From: an uncultured Candidatus Saccharibacteria bacterium
GTDB taxonomy: Bacteria; Patescibacteriota; JAQUNI01
NCBI GenBank assembly: GCA_964555185.1
Contig: CAZKRD010000001.1
Coordinates: 34,185-98,184 of the forward strand
Reading direction: 5' to 3'
DNA length: 64,000 bases
Made by a program: the position numbers and the translations under genes. Of the stretch, positions 58,890 to 64,000 are shown one piece after another; position 1 is the stretch's first letter, and the number at the start of each line of letters is the position of its first letter. The notes below the pieces were generated by a model, which worked only from the letters and a program-made list of their open reading frames with translations, was not told the DNA's origin and ran no database searches.

Positions 58890-60164
58890 ATGGAAATTAA
58901 AATCAAAAAACTCCCCCGTTCACAAATTGAGCTTTTGATTGAAGTTGAACTTCGCGAAATTAAGCCTTATTTGGATAAGGCGGCTTCAGTGATTTCAGAG
59001 AGAATTAAAATCGCTGGCTTTCGGCCGGGCAAGGCCCCGTTAGCGGTTGTGGAGAAGCGGGTAGGTAAAACTCAAGTTTGGGAAGAGGCGGCGAAACAGG
59101 GTCTGCCTCGCTTTTTAGAAAAGGCGCTGGAGCAGCATAAAATTGAGGTTTTAGGCCGGCCCCAGATCAGTGTTATAAAGCTGGCCCCTGATAATCCTTT
59201 AATTTTCAAGGCAATGGTTGCTGTGATCCCGCCGGTTGATTTGGGTGATTACAAAAAGATCAAAGTTAAAAAACCATTGGTCAAGAAACTCAAACCAAGG
59301 GAGGTCGATAAAGTCTTAAAGCGGCTGCAGAAGATGCGCGCCAAGGCAGTAACCGTTTCCCGAGGAGCACAAAAAGGAGACCGCGTCGAGATTGATTTTA
59401 AGACGTATTTGAAGAATAATTTGATTGCCGGCGGCGTAAGCCGCAACCACCCCTTTATTTTAGGCGAGGGTCAGTTTGTGCCCGGGTTTGAGGATAAGCT
59501 TGTTTCAATGCGGGCAAAGGAAGAGAAAGAGTTCCAAATCAAGTTTCCGCGCGATTATTTTAAGAAGAATCTGGCCGGCCGTCTGGTCCGTTTTAAGGTC
59601 AAGGTGAATCTGGTCCAAAAACTGGAGTTGCCGGAAATCAATAACCAGTTTGCCAAGACTTTGGGTCCCAAATTTGGTTCGCTAGGCGAGCTCAAAAGGA
59701 AGCTAGAAATAAATTTAAAAACGGAAGCAGAGGCGCGGGTTCGTGAGAAGTATGAGCTGGCTGTTTTAAACCAAGTTGCCTCTCGGGCGAGAGTAGAAAT
59801 CCCGGCTGTTTTAATCAAGTCGGAACAGGATAAAATGTTGAAGGAAATTCAAGAGAGCATTGAAAAACAGGGAGGCAGGTTTGAAGATTATTTAAAGAGT
59901 ATTCAGAAGACGGCTGACGAGCTGAAAGGTTCTTTTGAGCAACAGGCCCGTAAAAGGATGAAGACCAGTCTGGTCTTAAGGGAGATCGCGCGTAAAGAAA
60001 AGGTCAAGGTGCCGGCAAAACAAATCGAATTAGAGATCAATAAAGCCCTGAAATTATACCCCGATCTGCCGGAGGCCAAGAAGCGCTCCCGCAGTCCAGA
60101 GTACAGGGAATACATCAGAGGGATGTTGAGGAACAGGAAAGTGATTAAGATGCTTTGTGATTAA
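58890..60164 (+). CDS. tig: Trigger factor
   Basis: GFRPGKAP, FKBP-like FVPGFEDKL. Confidence 0.96.
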   Translation: MEIKIKKLPRSQIELLIEVELREIKPYLDKAASVISERIKIAGFRPGKAPLAVVEKRVGKTQVWEEAAKQGLPRFLEKALEQHKIEVLGRPQISVIKLAPDNPLIFKAMVAVIPPVDLGDYKKIKVKKPLVKKLKPREVDKVLKRLQKMRAKAVTVSRGAQKGDRVEIDFKTYLKNNLIAGGVSRNHPFILGEGQFVPGFEDKLVSMRAKEEKEFQIKFPRDYFKKNLAGRLVRFKVKVNLVQKLELPEINNQFAKTLGPKFGSLGELKRKLEINLKTEAEARVREKYELAVLNQVASRARVEIPAVLIKSEQDKMLKEIQESIEKQGGRFEDYLKSIQKTADELKGSFEQQARKRMKTSLVLREIARKEKVKVPAKQIELEINKALKLYPDLPEAKKRSRSPEYREYIRGMLRNRKVIKMLCD

Positions 60165-60245
60165 ATCTTCAAATTCTGATTAGGGATTTGACATTTTTAG
60201 CTTTGGAATTTGAAATTTGGGGTTCAGCTCTTGGGGATAATTTTC

Positions 60246-60274
60246 TTGACAGCACCAAGACCCCATGCTAAGCT
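60246..60274 (+). promoter_or_regulatory. sigma70-type promoter
   Basis: TTGACA-17 bp-TAAGCT with TG extension. Confidence 0.55.
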
Positions 60275-60450
60275 CTTAATTAGTTTTTCCAGGATTTAAA
60301 GATATTTGATGAGGCCCGAAGAAGCTTTGTTTCAAGAAGCTCAAAAAGGGCTCTATTTACTCGTTTAAAGAGGAGTGAATTATCAGAGTATCCGTTAAAA
60401 CGTTTACTGAAAATCAGTCAGAGGAGCTTGGGGATTCTTTAGAGCCGCCA

Positions 60451-61743
60451 TTGGCAGAAACCGGCGGGAAAAGGGTTTTTCTTGAGAATAAACAATTGAA
60501 TAATCCGAAGAAAAAATTCCTTTCTTTTTTCGCACCCGCTCGCCTGAAGAAATCCATTCTTTTTTTAGGAAGAGCGGCAAAAAAGGTAGAAAGGGGTTTT
60601 ATTTTTATCAAAAATATTGTTGAGAAATTTTTTCCTTTGATCCCTCGTTATGCTATGCATTTGGCGATTTTGATTGTCGCTTTACTGGTGATTTTTAACA
60701 ACCTAAGCGGCAGAACGGATCAGAATAAAGGGGAAGAAAGAGAAGGGACGAGCATTTTATTTGCCGGTGTTTTGAGCAGCGGCAATTTTCGTTTAGTTGA
60801 AGGCCGCGCTAATCCCGCTGATTTACCGCAGGGCATTGGCGGGTTCAGATCGCAGGTTTTAAATACGGTTTTAGCGAGCGACGATAACACCGATTCAGCG
60901 GAAGGAATAGAAGAGGGGCCGGCTTTGGCTACGATTTCCGGGGTCGCTCTGATCCCTTTGGCAATTTTAGAGCAGGAGATAGAGGCCGGCCCGCTTGAAG
61001 AAGAGCGGAAGGAGACAATAGAGCATGTTGTCAGCGCGGGCGAGTCAATCAGCACGATCGCGGCTTCTTATGGGGTGACCGCGGCTACTGTGCTTTCGGC
61101 CAATGATCTGTCCGAAACAACCTATATCAAACCCGGAGACAAATTGGAGATTCCGCCTGTATCCGGTGTGCTATACACGGTCAAACCGGGAGATACCTTG
61201 GGTGTAATTGCCAAGACCTACAAAGGGGATTTGGATCAGATTATGGAGTATAATGATCTGGACAGTGAGGATAGTATTCAGATCGGTCAGGTCCTAATGA
61301 TCCCGGGAGGCAAAATTCCGCCGCTGCCGGCTAAAACCCCTTCCAAGTATGCTGTCCAGTATCCGAACAATCAAACTTCGGTCGGAAAGGCAGGGTGGAG
61401 ATGGCCGGCCGCTTCCCGTAAAATCAATCAATATTACAGTTACCGCCACCACGGCGTGGACATCGGCGCCGCCACTGGTTCGCCGATTTACGCGGCGCGA
61501 GGAGGAACAGTTGTCTTTGCCGGCTGGCGCTCTGGTTATGGAAAAACCATTATCATCAGCCATCCCAATGGGACCCAGACCCTCTATGCTCACCTTTCCG
61601 GCTACAAAAGAACATCAGGCAGTGTAGCTTCGGGGGAGCTTGTTGGTTATGTCGGTTCTACTGGCTGGTCTACTGGCTCCCACCTGCATTTTGAGATCCG
61701 GACATCAAGGGGTACGGTTAACCCCTTAAATTACATTAGATAG
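60451..61743 (+). CDS. LysM x2 + M23 peptidase
   Basis: TM, two LysM repeats, HHGVD, YAHL, TG.STGSHLHFE; start uncertain. Confidence 0.92.
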   Translation: MAETGGKRVFLENKQLNNPKKKFLSFFAPARLKKSILFLGRAAKKVERGFIFIKNIVEKFFPLIPRYAMHLAILIVALLVIFNNLSGRTDQNKGEEREGTSILFAGVLSSGNFRLVEGRANPADLPQGIGGFRSQVLNTVLASDDNTDSAEGIEEGPALATISGVALIPLAILEQEIEAGPLEEERKETIEHVVSAGESISTIAASYGVTAATVLSANDLSETTYIKPGDKLEIPPVSGVLYTVKPGDTLGVIAKTYKGDLDQIMEYNDLDSEDSIQIGQVLMIPGGKIPPLPAKTPSKYAVQYPNNQTSVGKAGWRWPAASRKINQYYSYRHHGVDIGAATGSPIYAARGGTVVFAGWRSGYGKTIIISHPNGTQTLYAHLSGYKRTSGSVASGELVGYVGSTGWSTGSHLHFEIRTSRGTVNPLNYIR

Positions 61744-61749
61744 TTTTCA

Positions 61750-61778
61750 TTGACAATTTAGTAAAAATAGTATATAAT
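61750..61778 (+). promoter_or_regulatory. Consensus sigma70 promoter for khpA
   Basis: TTGACA-17 bp-TATAAT. Confidence 0.8.
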
Positions 61779-61873
61779 ATGAATCTTAGTAAATAAAGTG
61801 GGAGTACTTTTAGGTCGACCTTTACTTTATTTGCTTTTTCAAGATTTTTAAGTAACGCTAAGTTTGACAAAGT

Positions 61874-62200
61874 ATGGCAAAAGAACAGGACTTGGAGTTC
61901 CTCGAATTCGTGGTCAAGGCGCTTGTGGACAATCCTTCTAAAGTAAAAGCCGTTCGTTCAGTTGATGAAATGGGCGTGCTGATTACTCTAGAGGTAGACC
62001 CTGCTGATATGGGTCAAGTTATCGGACGCAACGGCCAAACCGCTTCTTCGATCAGAACTCTGTTGCGAGTTGTCGGGGCGAAAAACAATGCCCGGGTTAA
62101 CCTTAAGATTCTAGAGCCGGAAGGTTCAGAAAGAGGTCCAGGCAGAGAACGCGCTCCTCGCAGTCAATCTACTGATGTAGTTGACGATTTGAAACTGTAA
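61874..62200 (+). CDS. khpA: KH-domain RNA-binding protein KhpA
   Basis: LVDNP, DMGQVIGRNGQTA..IRTLL. Confidence 0.92.
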   Translation: MAKEQDLEFLEFVVKALVDNPSKVKAVRSVDEMGVLITLEVDPADMGQVIGRNGQTASSIRTLLRVVGAKNNARVNLKILEPEGSERGPGRERAPRSQSTDVVDDLKL

Positions 62201-62231
62201 GGCTTTTCTTTAAGGAAGCTTTCAGAAGACA

Positions 62232-62267
62232 ACCAAAGCCGCTTGAATTTTCGGGCGGTTTTTGGTT
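62232..62267 (+). terminator. Intrinsic terminator after khpA
   Basis: gccgcttga-attt-tcgggcggt followed by T-rich tract. Confidence 0.6.
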
Positions 62268-62276
62268 TAATAGTCT

Positions 62277-62403
62277 TGTAACCTATAACGTATAACCTAT
62301 AACCTATAACATAATAACCTATAACCTGTAACTTGTAACCCAAGAATGATATTCTTTGTTTTTCAAAAAACTTGCGTTACAGGTTACAAGTTACACGCTA
62401 CAA
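62277..62403. repeat. Inverted 7-mer array (TAACCTA/GTTACAG type)
   Basis: About nine tandem TAACCTA-like units, then gttacag gttacaa gttacac gctacaa. Confidence 0.85.
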
Positions 62404-62406
62404 GAT

Positions 62407-63081
62407 ATGACTTTTGACATTTTGACAATTTTTCCTAAGATATTTAACTCATATTTTAATGAGGGTATTTTAGGTCGAGCAAGAAAAAAAGGCTTAATTA
62501 AAATGAATATTCATAATCTTCGTGATTTTACTCGTGACAAGCATAAGACCACAGACGATCTGCCTTATGGCGGCGGTCCGGGCATGGTGATGAAAGTGGA
62601 GCCAATCTTCCGGGCGCTAAAGGCGATCATTCCAGAGAGGATCGGTCCTCGCGGTTTAAAGGGCGGCCGCAGGGTAAAGTCTAAAATCATCCTTCTTTCT
62701 GCCCGGGGCAAAACCTTTGATCAAAAAAAAGCGCGAGAATTATCACGGATTGATAGGTTGGTTTTAATTTGCGGCAGATACGAAGGCGTGGACCAGAGAG
62801 TAGGGGATTTTTTAGTTGATAACGAGCTGTCAATCGGCAGCTTTGTTTTAAGCGGGGGAGAGCTGCCCGCGATGCTTATCGTGGACACTGTGTCTCGATT
62901 GGTCCCCGGCGTTTTAGGGAACAAAGAATCTTTAGGCGAAGAATCTTTTTCTGTTGGCTTTAATAAAGAATATCCGCATTATACTAGGCCGCGTGAATTC
63001 CATGGTTTTAAGGTGCCTAAAGTTCTTTTTTCCGGCGATCACGAGAAGATAAAGAAGTGGCGCAAAAAACATCAGAAATAA
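62407..63081 (+). CDS. trmD: tRNA (guanine-N1)-methyltransferase
   Basis: DD.PYGGGPGMV, CGRYEGVDQR, SIG.FVLSGGE, YTRP, SGDH. Confidence 0.97.
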   Translation: MTFDILTIFPKIFNSYFNEGILGRARKKGLIKMNIHNLRDFTRDKHKTTDDLPYGGGPGMVMKVEPIFRALKAIIPERIGPRGLKGGRRVKSKIILLSARGKTFDQKKARELSRIDRLVLICGRYEGVDQRVGDFLVDNELSIGSFVLSGGELPAMLIVDTVSRLVPGVLGNKESLGEESFSVGFNKEYPHYTRPREFHGFKVPKVLFSGDHEKIKKWRKKHQK

Positions 63082-63134
63082 AAAGGCCGCCTTTTATGTT
63101 AACAAGGCGGCAAGGGCTGGCTCGAGAAAGTAAT

Positions 63135-63410
63135 TCAGTATCTCTGTTCCCTTTGGCGAGCCTTTTTGTCCTTTCGGTGGTAAAAATACCACACAAAGAA
63201 TATTATCAAAGGGACAATAGGCGCTTCAATTATGAGCGCTTTTTTGAATGCCTTTCCCTGTGGGTCCGGCCTTCCGCGGTAGCGCGGATCCTGATCCTCG
63301 CGAGATACAGCGATCATAACCAGTATCCCTGATATGAGTATCATAGTGATGCTCCAGCCAAAAACTCGGCCGAAGTAATCCTGACTTGTGTATGATTTTT
63401 TTCGTGCCAT
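63135..63410 (-). CDS. Small two-TM hypothetical protein
   Basis: AGGAGG RBS; two hydrophobic helices. Confidence 0.6.
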   Translation of the reverse strand: MARKKSYTSQDYFGRVFGWSITMILISGILVMIAVSREDQDPRYRGRPDPQGKAFKKALIIEAPIVPLIIFFVWYFYHRKDKKARQREQRY

Positions 63411-63601
63411 TTTTCCCTCCTCCTTGATATCATGCCCTATGTCATAGCTATTATTCCACTTCAGTTTTCGGATTTTACATTATATCACAATAAATCTATT
63501 TTGTCAATTCTTTGCATAAACTAATATAATCTGGACAAGTATTTGAAAGGGTAGTAGAATATAATTAGCTTTTACAAATTAAATAAAAACAAACAAAAAT
63601 T

Positions 63602-64000
63602 ATGTCCAAAAAAGCAAAAATTATTCTAGGGATTGTTTTGGGTCTAGTCGGCCTGTTTATCCTCCTCTTTATTGGCGCTGTTGTTTTGAGCCTGGCTTAT
63701 AGGAGTGCGGGCGTAGACACGGAATCCTATGGCAGAGACAAGAGTTACGCGCCCACGTCAAGCGAGAGTCTTTTTGAAGCAGACGATTTGGGCGCTTCGC
63801 CTGAATTAGCAATGGAAGCCCCAGTTTCAGCTGTTGATAAGAGTTTAGGGTCTGAACCAAATTCTTCTACAACAGTAGATGTTTCCGAAAAGAAGATTAT
63901 CCGCACTGGAGAATTAGATATGATGGTTGAGGGCGTGGATCAGACGGTTTCAGATCTAACTTCTATGGCCGAACGGGCCCAAGGCTTTATTCAGAGCGCT
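63602..64000 (+). CDS. DUF4349-like protein, partial (runs off window)
   Basis: Manual translation MSKKAKIILG(TM)...EKKIIRTGELDMMVEGVDQTV..AQGFIQS; not in ORF track. Confidence 0.7.
   Translation, partial: MSKKAKIILGIVLGLVGLFILLFIGAVVLSLAYRSAGVDTESYGRDKSYAPTSSESLFEADDLGASPELAMEAPVSAVDKSLGSEPNSSTTVDVSEKKIIRTGELDMMVEGVDQTVSDLTSMAERAQGFIQSA

Noticed and set aside
60306-60355. TTGATGAGGCCCGAA resembling a hammerhead ribozyme core
   Set aside because: Lacks the C of CUGAUGA and the GAAA after stem II
62277-62340. Tandem repeats as a CRISPR array
   Set aside because: 7 bp units with no unique spacers; no cas genes in the window

Overview
Core-genome segment of a small-genome bacterium, most likely Patescibacteria/CPR (inferred from DUF5663, short IF2 and S1, the type IV pilus cluster and mostly SD-less core genes; genetic code 11). 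It carries translation and RNA genes (rpsP, rpmF, rpsA, rnc, nusB, nusA, infB, rbfA, rny-ymdB, trmD, khpA, tilS), smc, gyrA, hup, ftsH, clpP, tig, gpmI, hppA, a type IV pilus operon, a two-component pair, an ECF sigma factor, a purB-purE-purC island and five tRNAs. The most unusual content is non-coding: a hierarchy of miniature repeats. These are GTAG-type REP doublets, several families of inverted 7-mer arrays filling intergenic gaps, and 21-35 bp GC-rich palindromes that insert into both, into each other, and without breaking the frame into nusA and a pilin gene. Filled and empty sites are both visible in the window, and a decayed GIY-YIG nuclease lies behind tRNA-Ala. Other leads are an SMC apparently lacking a hinge, a protein of four fused Xis-like HTH domains, concentric splitting of conserved operons, candidate structured RNA leaders, and a long ORF broken by TAA-TAA beside an A19 run. 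All calls are by eye; no database searches were run.
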